From Bugula neritina (taxonomy: Eukaryota > Animalia > Bryozoa): 64,000 bases of DNA. Both the position numbers and the translations under genes were made by a program. Location: positions 26,225,504 to 26,289,503 of the forward strand of contig OZ037765.1 of assembly GCA_964035545.1 (NCBI GenBank). Reading direction: 5' to 3'. Positions 24,791 through 43,500 of this stretch are shown one piece after another; positions within the stretch are counted from its first letter, which is position 1; each line of letters opens with the position of its first letter. The notes under the pieces are model-generated. The model made no database searches. It saw only the letters and a list, made by a program, of their open reading frames with translations, and had not been told where the DNA came from.

Positions 24791-26202
24791 TTGTATTAAA
24801 TTAAGTAAAATGACCCATATCCTACCCCTAGCTTAACTAAAATCTGCATCTTTGAGATAACCTTTATAATTTGTTCAGGTTGCATAACCAAGTATGCTTT
24901 ATACATTAATAATGTGCATATTATATAACCATACATTGCACAAGCATTTGCTCGTATGTTTAGCTCAGCCATCAAATATTTATTTAGTCTAGCCGTTGTG
25001 TCTTGGTCTAGCCTGATGGAAATAGTAAAAAGTGTAGATTTCTGTACAACCTAATGAAGTTGGCATTTTTTCACCTCACATAGTAATGGGTATATAATGA
25101 TCAATATTTCACCCAAAAAGTCCGACTTGAAAAACAATATTACAGGAAAGGGTCAAACAAGTGATTTATGATATAAATGCTACGTATACTGATGGCCAAA
25201 GGGCTTTCCGCTTATGCCTAAAATAATTTATCTCTGTTGCTTGTTAATAATTGTTTTAAAATATATCTCCTGTGTGCTATTTACCTGCAGTAAACGACAT
25301 CGGAACATGGCTGTTCCAACGACAAACCAAGAAACACAAATCCAGTATACGATCAATAAAATGATATTCAAGTTGCTGATGACACATGGATAGCATGAGC
25401 AGAAGTTTTAAGCAGTGAATGAGACAACAGCACTATAAATATAAAGTCAGAAGATGTATGCACCATAAATATATTATTTATTTAAATACTACATTATTCT
25501 ATTGTAGTGGCATGTTGTTAATATGCATATAGTTATGGCCTATACTCTATACTCTATAGTCTATAGTATTATGTGGATATAATCATGCAAGCACTAGAAG
25601 CTATAGTATGTTACACTATATAGCCATAGAGCTATATAGTGGTTAAAGCTATTATCAGCCTAGGTTAGAAATAATCTCAAGGTGCCCACTTAAAACTTGA
25701 CTATCTGGTGAGTAACTCCTACACATTATGTAACTCAACAATATGTTAATTTATAATTATACTAATCTAAATTCAAGGTTTAAATTTCAAAATTATCATT
25801 GAATTCATCTTCTGTCACATGTAACCTCTTATATTTATTTACTTTTAGTCTCATAAAAAGATCTTTAAAAGGTGTGGAACTAATAATATATTTCGGAAAG
25901 GTAAAATTGTCTGATTATGTGTCTATATATCATCTAGTTTTGTAAGGACTTTGTTTTACCAATCCCAATGTCTCAATGTGTTTTATTTATTGATTAAAAT
26001 TATTGCTGCATTATGTAGTAAAATTTTTAAAAGGATCTTGTAAGTTCTAATTCTGAGAATGGTTTGGTCCAAAAATGCTTATATACCTGGCCACTTCCTC
26101 CATTAAATAGTTGAATTCTAGATTAAAATAAATTTAGATATAAAATAAACTTTAAAATTGAAGTTGAATCTTTATTTTATAGTAAAGATCTCTATTATTA
26201 AA

Positions 26203-29860
<3,658 letters not shown>

Positions 29861-30362
29861 TAGAGAAATAAAACTCAATTTCATATAGTTATAAATTAAA
29901 AACAGAAAAATAAAACTATGATATTTTGTTTTTTTTAAGGCACTTGTTATCTCTTTTGTGTTTGTGTGTCATCTCATTGGAAAAATAAATGTTGCAGTTA
30001 AAAGCTACTTCTCTAAAATTATTTTGCTTATTGAAGCCTTTGCAGAAATTGTTGGTAATCATTTTTTATTCATATCATGACAACTTTGTTCGCTTGCAAA
30101 TGGTACAAATATAACAACTATTGAATGAAAATGCTGAACAGTGTACACCAATAATAGTATTGATAGATTAATGGAAATCATCTAATAATTCTTTTTTAAA
30201 AGTCACTCTTAGTGTAATGGTGTTTGAGATAAATAATTACTTATAACGCTCATTAACATACTTTTTTTCAAATAACTCTTTTGGGCATTTTATATACAGT
30301 CACCATGTTATATACAACTTCAAAATTTAAAATCTTTCAATTAATTTTCTATTGGCTGCATA

Positions 30363-33300
30363 TCATTCTTTGTCAGCTCTCCGTTTTATAACATGGGGCA
30401 AATAGACAAGACCACCCAAGATGGATGCTCCAGCGGCAACTTGATATCCGATAGAGTAAGTTCCAAACTTTTGGAATAAATATGCTACAAAATAAAATAT
30501 TTAAAATAGTCAGGCAGTAAAATTTTGATTATTTCAAAAGTTAACCTTAAGCAAACAATATTTCAACAGTAAAAATAATTAGTAGGCTATAAGTTTTTGC
30601 ACTTTTTACCGAACACCAAATTTTATACTTTACTTAAGCTTAAATAAATTTTTGCTTTTACAATAATGCTATGTTAAGAGTTATGCAAGATATACTCACT
30701 TGAGAATGGAGTTGATATAAAAGCCCCAGCTCCAAAGAACAGCGTTTCTATCCCGAACACAGTGGCTAAGTTATTGTTTCCGTGGAGTTCTAGAATAACG
30801 GGTGTTACGAAGCAAGCAGAAACTCCATATGCAAAGCTGTAAATTCCCACCATCACAGCAAACCTAAAGAAATCAAATGGAAAATATCAGATTACAAACA
30901 TCTTAGGTTCAAAATGCCCTGTAATATTAAAACAATAAATATTATGCAGCTGTAAATAGACAGGGATAAGTAAAAATGGTAATAGCTACTTCCAGTTGAC
31001 AAAAATAAGATTAAAAATGATAAATACATGACAAGCTACAATTTAAAAGTTGCTTATGAATTGTGTCTATTTATAGCTGCATTTATTCAGATCCTAAGCA
31101 AGATGCCCTAAACCTACTTTCCCTGTAGATGTCATCAAAATATGCTTGATGGCAACTGAAATTGTTAGCCGCTCACCTTTAATCAAACTGATTCAGACTA
31201 CTGCATGGTCCGAGACACTAAAAGAACTTCACTTCTAAACAACCTTGTTGTGGAAAAATAATCATACCACTCAAAACTGGAAGTGAATGCTAATCCAAAC
31301 ATGGCTCCAGACTGAATCAGCATGGTAACTAGTGTCCCGAACCCTTTGCCAAAGTTATCCGCTACTCTACCTGAAATTTAGTAGACAACTACTATATAAA
31401 ATAGATACTGAGAAATATAATCAGAACTTGACAAGATATGATGTTTTACAAGCGATTTTCTTTAAAAACTGCTCTCAACTAAAAGTAGCAGAAAAAGTTC
31501 TCACATGCAGGAACTTTATCTCTTTATTATTACATAACTAGTTCACTTTGCTTTGCTTTTTGCTTCTCTCTATGAAAACAGCTGAAATACAGTTCGAAAA
31601 TTTGCTTTGTGCCTGCAAAGTATTTATTCTTTCTTAAATGGCCTACTATAAGCTGGTTAAAATTTGCTAAAATGGTTGTGTAAGCCAAGATTACTCTAGT
31701 GTAATACCCATTCTTCCATTAGTAAATATTTATTCTTATTAAATAGTTGTAACAAGATTGTTTCTGCCTTACTAAATCTTGGAAATATAATACGTACACT
31801 TTCAGCCACTTTCAACAGTTTCTAAATATTGCAACCTTATAAAAAGGAAATTTCAGTTCATTGATTACAACATAAAGATAGCATTGAACTTTCAACCATA
31901 TTATAACAGGGATAGATACTACCTACTCGCTATGTCTATGTAAGAGGCTATAACTTAATAGCTAAGCTATATGACAGACATATTTAGGTTGTGACTTACA
32001 AAGTATAATAGCGAAGAGTCTCCCAACAAAGCCAGCTATACCAACAATCATGAACAGCTGGCTTACTTTAGTAGAGTCAATAGATAGAGATTTGCACAAC
32101 TCTGGAAGTAGTATGTAAAACGTTGATGCGCTGTAGCTCCAAAATAAGTTATGAGACACTAAAATTAACATTCGCCAATGAATCAGTGGACTATTTCGTA
32201 TCGCGAGGCAAATTTTCTTTACTTTAGAGACTGAAAAATATATTTCACGATTGTTTGCTGAGCTTTCACTAATATGTGGCGATAGTAAAACTTGGAGCGA
32301 TTCTTCACCAGGGTTCTTTTGATTATTAGACTGTAGAATATTGGAAGATGCCACAACACCCCCTTTCTCTAGTGCAGGTTCCAGAGATGAAACAAAGCTA
32401 AGAGTGGGCTTCATTGATGGTTGGTAATTTAGCAGATCATTCAGAGGCTGATCGATACTAGTTAGTTGTTTGCTTGTTTCATAGAAATAGCTGGCAGTGG
32501 AAGGCAGAACACAGTCCTCTGCATAAAGGGAATAATGGGACTCCACATGTCTGAACTCTGTATAAGAATCTTTTCCTAATCTAGAATTCTCAGCTGCTTC
32601 TGACTTCTGTTCTACTTGTTCTGGGAGTTGGCGTGGCCTTGACAATCTCCTTGGTCTTAGAAGTGCAGCTAGTACCGTAACCTGAGACGGAAGTGACAAT
32701 AACCAATAGAAAGTGTGTAAGATTTGCTGCTAATATTAAAACACAGCTTTTATATCATAAAAAATTCATGCAAGTTTATAGTCGCTATCTCTGTTAGAAA
32801 CCCCTGATGGAAAGGGTTTTTGTTAAAGCGGGCTAAGTACTTGTTTAAATGAGGCACAGGAGCAATTATGACTAGATGCTCTTCCTAACATCACCAATGG
32901 CCTTTGTTGGGGCTCAAACCCAAGACCTCCTGTTTACTAGGTAAACGCCCTAACCCCTAGACCACGACAGCTTCTATATCATATCATGAATAAATTCTTG
33001 TTTCCTAATCTTTATAAATAAATAGATCTCTGCAGGCTTAAAAAAACACACTATATATTGCCATTATTTATTCGCAGCACTTTTTTTAAGCAAATAAACT
33101 GCATAATTTGCAAGAAAGGAACTATTTGGCAATTTAAAATGTTTTACCAACATGGACACCTATAATACTTTTGTGCTATACTTGCAGACTTACTTGCACA
33201 AATATACATGCTATGCCAATAATTGTCACTCTCCAGCCATATTTCTGTATAGCTGCTGATGTCACAGGAGTTACAATCAAGTACATCAGAGGCCAGCAGC

Positions 33301-35933
33301 AAGTTGAGGCAGTCAAGGCAAGTATTCTGTATTTAACAAAATAGTCGCCAGCGCACACACTTGTTGGTATGAGTATGCAACACGTAGATATACCTGAAAA
33401 AGAAGGCAACTCTAACAATATTTTTAATAGATCAATATTGTTACACTAGCTAGTGTAAAAGATCACAATCTCAGTTTAGCTTGTGTAGGAGCAAGTTGCA
33501 GGGTTGAATACATAAAAACAAATAGTTTAGTGTACTTTGGAAGCACTAATGTTGTATTTTTAGAGATATTGCCACAATAGCAACAGTTTAGTTATTATTT
33601 GCATAAAAAAAGACTGTTTAAAATCTCACCTGCAAGAATGCCGTAAGTGAGCAGTAAAACAACAAAGTTTGATGTGAGAGATGCAGAAACCAAAGAGAGA
33701 GCAACTCCGATGCACCCCATCATGATTGTAGTTCTTGCTCCAATTTTGTCTGCTAACTTCCCAACCAATGGACCTAGCATGACCATATTTACATTATCTT
33801 ATTGTTTCATATGCTATATAAAACTCATTATGTTAAATAACGCCGAAAGATAGTTTATTTGTGCAAAACTAATGCATTATAACACCATTGTCTGTGCATG
33901 TATTTGTATTACAAAGCGCAAAGCTTAGTTTATCATATGTTTAAATAAGTTAGGAGTTGCCTTATTTATTTTTTGTAAGGCTTTTTGCATGAACTGCATG
34001 CATAAAAGATATAAAATAAATACTAACTCTATGTAAGAGTGGTTTATTCAGTAACTGAACCTCATCAGTAATTATGCAAGCACATTTCTTACAGACATGC
34101 AAGCAACATGCAGTGTATGTCTCAGAATCTATAAGATAATATATGGGCTAGATGCAAGTTGCTTGCAGCATAAAATAACATACATACAACAAACTGACCT
34201 GCTAAGAACCCCATAGTCTGCTGAAGAGTGCAAATCCAAGAATATCCGCTTTCGTTTCCTTTAAACGCATCATTGAACTCTACAAGAAACAGTCCAGCTG
34301 TTGCGCTGAGTGTCCCCGAAGCCAAGTGGAGGATGATGCAGCAGAAAAGTACCAGCCAAGAATACCTGCTGTCTGGAGGATCTACATACTGCCTACCAAC
34401 AGCAGAGGGTAATTACCAATCATGTCTGATGATTAGGAATGATTAGCAAAGGTATTAATAAAGCTTTTGATGTATTTTGGAAAGTTATACAATATAAACG
34501 TGCTGTGTTACTGTAGCTTTTATTGAGCATATACCTATGTTGAAGGCTTATGAATTGTTTACCACTGAATAGCTGTTTATGTTTATGTTTTTTTCCTGAT
34601 GTAGTTCCTATGTGTACTTTTTTTTAATTTATCTTTGGTTACAAAGTTTTGCCTTACTAAATATAGATAACTATATCTTAGCCAGTTATCACACAATTCT
34701 TTCTTTGACATATTTATTTTTATCATCATATATAACTATATATAACAGAAAGCATTTATTGCTATCTAATTGTGGGATATAATACAGCACCGTATTATCT
34801 ACAAGTAACTATCAGTGCGTCAATCTGTGTTGTAATAAATGGTCTCCCATAGCAAACTTTCATACTTAAGTTTCTATGGCAGTGACGGAGGAGACAACTT
34901 TTAGCTTGCAAACTCCCGTATGTTTAGTAGATTGTCAATGACACTACAAGCTGCAGCTGGTTGTAAAATCAATATAGTGCAACACTGCATATACAAAGTA
35001 GCAGCTAGACGACAACAATTATTGCAGAAGATAATTATATTGCAAAATTACTCTTGTGCTCTACCATATGCAACGTATTTTATCGCTTGGGGCTTCTAAA
35101 CTTCAAAGTTCATTCCAAAGCTTCAGTATATATCAAAACTGTAAAACTGCTCATGTAAAAGTTTTAATTATGTATCCTGATTGCCCTGATTTACTTAGTA
35201 AAAGTTGTTAGCTTAGTGAATTGTTTCAAGAGTAAGTTACAAATCATTTATGCAACATGTGTTTAAACTGCTAAGCCAGCTCAGTGATTAAACTGCGCAT
35301 AACAACAGCTAAGAATAACATGCAATGAAAATCAGCAGTAATTATTATTAGTTTTATAATAGCTGAGCTTACTGGAGACACCATCAGCATGAGCACAAAA
35401 TTTCACATTAAACAAAATTGTTTGGACATACAACCCTCAAACAATTTTGTTTTATGTGATGGCTAGGATATAATATGTAAATATTTCAATACTGCATAAA
35501 TGGAGTGTGTTAGAGAATCATTTTATAAATGAGTTAGAGATATGTTTTATTTCAGTGGAATAGGTTGCATATCACCACATGCTATCCACACAGACAAATA
35601 TTAAGACAAATCTTACCATTCCTGATCCATTTCTTTACTAGGAAAGTCTGCCAAGTTAAGAGATGATAGAAGTTCAGCCTGCTGCATCACCAAGTTGTGT
35701 GTAGATGTACCCAAATTCCTCATATGATTTGCAGTCTCAGGTGCACCTGAACTAAAGCTTGGTTCGTCTTCTCCCAAAAGTTGCTGTCTATTTTGATTCT
35801 GCTCCTTCTCCATATCAGAAACCAGTTCGTCTGAAAAAGAAAATTTTTAATAGCTAAATGTGCTACTAACTAGTATTTCTACAACCTAAAAAGTACTGTT
35901 GAACATCAAGTAATAAGCAAACCACTTACCCAT
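30363..35933 (-). CDS. SLC16/monocarboxylate-transporter-family MFS protein; exons 35933-35930, 35830-35617, 34392-34199, 33773-33630, 33393-33194, 32681-32000, 31370-31268 (or -31244), 30863-30700, 30484-30363
   Basis: N-terminal PPDSRYSWLV (MCT PPDGGWGW-like); GPLVGKLADKIGAR (MFS motif A); LLLTYGILAG; KYGWR; long central loop; phases consistent through all exons. Confidence 0.85.
32790..32974 (-). mobile_element. tRNA-derived SINE in a transporter intron
   Basis: Minus-strand head GCTGTCGTGGTCTAGGGGTTAGG (A box) ... GGGTTTGAGCCCC (B box), then GGTGATGTTAGGAAGAGCATC. 3' boundary approximate. Confidence 0.7.
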
Positions 35934-37446
35934 TCTCCTCTGGTAAAATAAAGTTTTGCAAAAGTTTCACAGCAAGCGTTGCATAATAGTTATTGCCGAT
36001 CAGCTGATGAAAGGTTTCTGAGTATACCAGTATATATACATAGTATATTGTGTATTGTATACACATATATCGAAAAATCAATAATAACGTATCCAGTTAT
36101 GCAACCAGTTAGTTCTGGTTAAATCCAGATTATTCAATAGGTCAGCATAGGTGGTTGATTAGTGTTACTCACCCTTAACAATTACAATCTTATTATCAAC
36201 AAACACAAATATATATACTAGCCATTGTCTCTAGCAGCATGTAGTGGGATACACTTCTTCCAATATACTGGCAACTTACCATTTTAACTCATATTACAGT
36301 TGATATGCATTTTATAAAAAATAGCTTACAATAATAATATATTCCATGTATAATAGTAACAACCAACAAAGTTGGTCACATGCTTTGTAGCAAGTTATGT
36401 TTAACATTTGTTATCCAAAAATAATTCCAAGTAATGTTTGTTTTCGATAATTTGACAAAAGTAATAGTTAATATTCTAAAATAGATAGAAAGTGTAAAAG
36501 TGTTTGAATATATAAAATTTTATTACACGTATTGCTATATATGTTATAACTACTGTAGCAAGTGCTACCAAGTTACAAAATAAAGTAAAATTCACTGTTG
36601 CAGAGTGTCATAAAACAATTAGTATATTGTAAGACACAAACTTTGCTTAATATAAGGTTCTTTTAATTATAAAATTAAATGCAACTATAATATTATAGTT
36701 AAAGTAGCCTGGGAACTTCCAAACTGCAAAATATTTAGTGTTGGGGCAGGTTTAGTCTACCTGAATACGACAGAGATATGCTAGGAAGTAGGAAGATACT
36801 TAATGTTAAATGAATAAAGCTTTCCCTCACATCTATAAGTAGGGGAAGTTTGAGCCTGGCCAGCCAGCAGGTGCTGCTAGTAATGACTTATTCTACAGTT
36901 TTTCTATTAATTTATATTTGACTCATTATATTTGATAAATAGAAATTAAAGGATAAGTTTTTAGTATTATTACACAAAATATATTTTTTCTATTTATTTT
37001 TGTAACAACAAAATATTCATCAGTATGCAGTCTTAAACAGATTTGCAGTCAAGCAAATAATTATAAGCTGGGCTTTAACTTATAACTGACTTACATGCTA
37101 ATATTTAGAGTTGAAAGATTCGTGAATATATAATAACAATAATATATAAAAACATATTTCAATACATATAGAGGCCTTGCAAACCAAAAAAGTTATAATT
37201 TCTATATAGATGTAGCAAATTGGAAACATTTCATCACTCTCTATAATTTCAATTAGAAAGAGTATTTTTAGTAAGGACACAGAGTAATACAATAAATAAA
37301 AGCTGTATGTACAGATGATTTCAAATCAATATAACATATTTTTAATAAAACAATTTATACTAATATCTTTATATTAGTTCCGTTGAAAGAATTTAAATTT
37401 GAAAATGCAAATAGTTTAATACAATCTAGGGGATGTGTGATGACTG

Positions 37447-37510
37447 AACCACATCAAACTGGACCACATCAAACTGGACCACATCAAACTGGACCACATC
37501 AAAGTAGACC
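37447..37510. repeat. 15-bp tandem repeat (GGACCACATCAAACT, ~4 copies) just after the TGFBRAP1 stop
   Basis: Directly visible. Confidence 0.9.
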
Positions 37511-37513
37511 ACA

Positions 37514-40500
37514 CTACGTTTTGGCACATGAGATGTGAACAACTCGACCGTCTGCTTGTCTGACGAATGCACTTTCCTTAAACAACTGGTGACAAGATTC
37601 ACATCTCCTACAAGCAGGCCATACAACGTTACAACAAACGCACCACAACTAATTCACACAACTACAAGCATGCATATCAAAGCGATGATGTAATCTCATA
37701 AATAATAATTCATATATACAATCTATAGTTGAAAATGTGTCATGGAAAAAACCGCAAAATTTCAATTTATTCCAACCCACATTTTTGTCATCCATATTTC
37801 ACCAAATATAAGCAGAAAGTAATTGATTGCAGGTGTAACTGGGCTAAAAATAATCTCTCATATCCTGAATGGGAGACAATAAACAATTGTATACTCAAGA
37901 GAAAAACCATAATTTGGCTAAAAAAGGTGCCAATTACAACACTGATTAGCAACAGCTACTTGTTTAGAGAAGACAACTTTACACTTTCCTTATTATAATA
38001 TTTTCACAGCTTTGTTTGACCTATCACATTGAGAATATTGATCTTTAAACTTGTTTGAATTATCCATTTGAATAAAAAAGTACACTCAGTGCCATTGTAT
38101 GCAATATTTGTGAAGAACAAGTGTAAAAAAGACAACAGGGTGTAACTGTTGAGAAAGAAAGCTAGAAGCAGTTGGAATAGAAAAGTCTCTCAAGTATTGA
38201 TTAACATACTTGTTGTCTGTAAGACTGATCGTTGTGGATCTGAGGGAAAGATAGTCTTTATTAGCCAAGAAATAGTCCCAGTAAGCAAGTTGACTAGCTA
38301 TTCTAGCCTGTCTTCCATCATGTAGACTACTTCGCACCGAGTTCAACATGAACTTGGAGAGCAAGGCTATGGACCAGTCATCTGGTATCAATTCCGCTAC
38401 CTTCGAGGAAACATAAAATAAACAAAGTTGTAAATGTTGCGAGTGGAGGTAACTACAAAAAACATCAAGCATTTCGGTTGACAAAATCAAAATTAAAAAG
38501 CTCCCAACATTGCTAATTATTTATAATTATTTTACAATGAATTCTAAAACAGGTAACGGAATATATATACCATTTTATTGAGAGCAAAAAATCAAAATGA
38601 AGTTTTTGTATATAATAATTAATTTTAGGAAACACTTCTCATAAAAATATTTGAAAAAAAAAGAATCTAAAATCAACAAAAGCAGATAAAAGGCAGACAT
38701 TTTGTCAGCAATTTAGACTACAAGAAACGCTGACTACATAAGAGTGAATAAAGACAGTGTGATTGTTTACCAAGCACTTTATCTAATTTAAAACAATTCA
38801 ACAAGTAATTACACACCATAAATCCCACACAACTAAAAATAGTACAATGAGAAAAACTGACTGCTCTAAAAACAGCATAGTACAGCAGACTACTACAATT
38901 AGATAAGCGAATGAATACCCACCTTAGCAGCGTTGAACACGGCTTTTGGGTTGTTTAAAAGATCAATCACATAGATTCTCATTCGTTCATTATCTCTACA
39001 ATGTGGAGTACAAACATTCGTTAAAATAACTGGTTGACTTTTATTTACCTTTCAACTATATATACAATCTATTGGATACATTGAGTGGATCGCATATTTG
39101 TACACGAAAACACTGAAAATTGGAAATAAACAAGACTGAGTAGCCCCAGGATTAATGAGAAAAACGATTAGAAAACTATGGCTACATTTAAAAACCCATG
39201 AGTGCCACCACCTGGACACCAGAAACTATGGAATAAACAGCTGGTTATTCTGAGATCTTACTTGCTTTTAGATAAATACAGATGGAGGAGAGTTTCAAAC
39301 AGCTGCTGTCTCTCCGTGGTGGTGGTTTTATTAGCGCTTTGATTCACACAGAATGACTCAGCGCCTTTATAATCTTTCAGCTCGTTGACCAGAATCTCCA
39401 GTGCAGCGGAATCATTACCTGCCTGAGAAATTCAATGCTCCATAACATACTTACAGACACCATATATACTTACACCATATATACTTACACTATATATACT
39501 TACACTATATATACTTACACTATATATACTTACACTATATATACTTACACTATATATACTTACACTATATATACTTACACCATACATACTTACACCATAT
39601 ATACTTACACCATACATACTTACACTATATATACATACACCATACATACTTACACCATACATACTTACACTATATATACTTACACCATACATACTTACAC
39701 CATATATACTTACACTATACATACCAACATCACATAGACCTACATGTAAACTTGCTAAATCAGAGCTATATCTCACAACTATGTAAATTCAAACTACATT
39801 TCCTACTTCAAAATATTATGATCAACACAAGTCCCTATTGAAGGTTACACGCCAACTCCTACCTTTCCGTGTAGAATAGCCGCTTCAGGCAACAGCCAAT
39901 CATCTCTCTCCACCCGCCCGAGTATCAGAGAGACAGAATACTTGTCGGACTGCTGAAGGAAACTCTGCAGCTTCTTCCTGTGTGAAATATAATACATGCA
40001 GAGATGTGGAGCATTGCACAGGTTAGCTGTTGTTGTATTCATATGACTATTTAGACTTGGAATACTTAAAGGATGGCTTTTTTATTTAATAATTTCCCTT
40101 TTCGTAATGTGGATGCATGTTTCAACTTCTCATAACCAAATGACATGGAAATTCCATGTTTTACACATGTTGCAGCGAAACCCATAATAAATTACAATAG
40201 TTTTATTTATTATTCAACAAAATACACACTTTATGTTGTACTTGATATACTGCATTACTTAAGGTAGTTGTACACATATATACCTCAGACTTTCTAATAA
40301 AACTTTATTATTGAGTTGCTTGGCTGAAAAGAGGTTGTCCAGATACACCATTGCCAAGTGGCTGTGAAACGACTCAACCTATAACGTTGTATATAAGTGC
40401 GTATATACATATGTAGTAAAGAGAAATATCTTACAAACGTGTGGGGGAAAACATTATAAAGCTACGCACCACGATATATAACACATAACATGCTACACAT

Positions 40501-43500
40501 GTGCATGTAAAGGCACGTATGCCGTGTACAATGCATCAAATATTTTACTTAGAAAGACAGCATAATTTTCATAACACTGTCTGTATTCTAAACTCATCAA
40601 GTGGACCAAGTCTAATATGTTAATTGAAATAATGTGTGGAAATAAAATTCATAACAATTTACCATTTCTCCACTACTTTCAGACGAAAGCAGTAGACAGT
40701 GCAGACAGTGCAGTTTAAAGATCATACAAATACACTAACATAAGCATATAAACTTGAGATACATAATTTCCCCTGTACAGTTACTGGTTTCAATTTTAAA
40801 AGAGAAGACAACTCTCAATAGTGATAATATGTAAACTAACCTGCTGGTTGGCAGAGAGAACTAAATGCTCCAAGTAATATGTCAAGGCTTCTGGAAATCT
40901 GGCTAGGAACTCAATTGTACTCTCGGGATTCAGCCTTTTATCTTGAATGCCAGAATCAAACCGCTTTGTGAACATCTACAATATATTATACAGTGATGTG
41001 TGAGTTGGAGATCTATTGACTTGATTGAAGCAGAGCTGTTACATAGACATGTGTGTAGCAATAAGTACTCAGGAATATTCTTAGCCAGTGTGTATTAGAG
41101 CTGCATGTCTAAATATATTGATTGCATGTCTTTGCCAGCCAGCCTCTTCAACTAGCTCTTAATACTTTTTTCTATTCAACAATCTTGCCATTGTTTTTAT
41201 AGAATCATCAACACTAACTCTTGTAACAAGGAGGTAAAACCAGCAAGTGGGGTATTATGTCAGCTACTGTTGCCCTATACAATATTCAATGTGTAGAATA
41301 AGACAAACCTGTGCGCCTAAAACTGGGTCTTTTTCTAACACAACTGGAGCATAGTTCAGTAAGAGAGTGGCATCGGTTGTTTTACACAATACATCCGAAA
41401 AATATGACAGACCTAACAAATCAAAACTCTCGTCTTCTATTTCTTTATTCACTAGCCTACAAGAGATATAAGCGAATAATGATAATATATTTAAATCATT
41501 TAACTGTGCTGTGAGTTACACTCAACAGAACCAAGTTTAGGTAGATGAGTTTACCTAGACCAGATGGTAAATGATTTATCGAGTTCTCTTGTTTGTTGAT
41601 AATAGACTGCTAGAGCGTGAAATCTGCCGAATGTTTGAAGTGTATCTACAGTGTCAGAATGGTGGCCCTGGTAGCCCGATTGCAGCAGACGTAACAAATC
41701 AGAAGGCCTCTTTTCAGCGTATAACTTCATGAGAGCCGTATGGACGTCCTACCAACATAATGGTAGCTAGATAATTATTATACACAGTATTAATAACAAT
41801 AATTGACATTTTGTACAGCAGCTATCGGTAATATAATATGCAATTAAATATAGGAAGAAGATCGTAGACACTGCTAGGTACGCTGTTTCCTGATAATAAA
41901 AGTAAAAACACACGAAGTAAAAACAGTGAGTATTTGAGAGAAATTTTGAAGTGTAAATTTCTTGTAACTGGGATGATTTCGTTATGATAAACTTTGTTGC
42001 AAAATATAATCCAAAAATTGCTTAATAAGCTGGCCAAAACAATGTTACTTTTAAGAAGTCATAAGATAAGATATAAATCACCACCTTTCAGAACACAACC
42101 AACAAATAATTTAACTTAATGAGACAAGATTTTGAATGAAGAAAACATTGCACTGTATTGTAGAGTTAAATTGACAAATTTCATTGATTAACCAAAAACA
42201 GTTGTTTGGGTAGAAGAAAGTTTATTCATGTTTAGTCCTTTTAGTGTGCTTCAAGCATTAGCCCAAACATCTGTTTTCATACAATATCTTCATCTGTGCG
42301 AGTTTTGTGTCCAAACTTTATGTAGCAGATGAGAAGATAAGTGAAACATGTCAACTCTAACAGCTCAAGGTCAAAAAATTAAGAGAAAATAAGTCGAAAC
42401 AGCAACACCGCCTACCTTTTTCTCACTCATTTTACATCTAACTGATTCCAGGAATCTGACGAGCCAAGCTATACAGTCCTCAGACTTCTCCAGGTTTCCT
42501 TTAGTGATTTGATTAACATCAGCAAAGTCATGGAGTGGGGGTCTAGACCTGGTGAACTGGGAGTCGACGGAGAGAAGTCCAGGAAAGAGACTGACCACCT
42601 CTCTCAGATCAACACCTCCAGTCTTCAGGTACTGCCCAGCTTCATCAAAATTGTACAGAGAAAACTCAATGAATCCTGCCTTCTGAAGAATGACATTGTT
42701 AATCTACAACAGCACACACCACATTGTAATACAATATAAACTTACCGTAAGAATACTTAACTGTTGGTCAAATTAACAGTAGAGTAGTTGATATTCAAGT
42801 TTTAATTTTTGTGCTTGTTGGAAACAGAATACTTGAAGATTAGTTGCTAAAACTGAGATTGTGTTATAACAGTAGAAAATAATACAGACATGTGACCATG
42901 CATCTATAGAACATGAGCATTGAGACCTGGTGGGTCAAGTATTCACAGTATCTACAATACAACTACAGTTGGTGAAAATACACAAAATCTGAGTGAGATT
43001 GTGCTTCAGTAGAATTGCTTGAGAAAATGTGTTTTACTGAATAAAATAATTATTTATCCTTAGAGAGTTTGATCAAGTCTTCATACTTTGTAAAATAACT
43101 TATTGGACTAAAAAACAAACAAAACCTGCAGTCAGAATGTTATGTAGTGCTGCAGAGTTTATGGGTAGACAAAAACTTTTGCCTTACATTTCTTTTAACG
43201 TATTTCCAGCACTCTTCATGATCATTCATTCACTCGAGATTTGCTTGTGTCAGCTACTCTTAGTGTGTTTGTATCTTTACCATTGGCAGCTAATAGTTTG
43301 AAAAGTTACCAACCCATAACAGAATTCTTTCTTGACAAACGACCGAGATATAATAGGGGCTAAGCCACAGACTCTATGTATTCTGCAATGTGCATTAGTA
43401 ATGGCAAAACTCCACTTACTTCATTAAATTGTGACTGTGAAAGACCAGAGTTCCTATAAGAAACTTCAGCTAATTTAAGGGCTTCTTCAACCTTGTGTTC

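Noticed and set aside
38395-38420. Unusual AAG splice acceptor in TGFBRAP1
   Set aside because: Still a canonical AG with a pyrimidine tract; AAG acceptors are uncommon but normal.
39432-39776. Repetitive ORFs on both strands (also 37426-37626 and 43764-44018)
   Set aside because: Translations of minisatellites in TGFBRAP1 introns or UTR.
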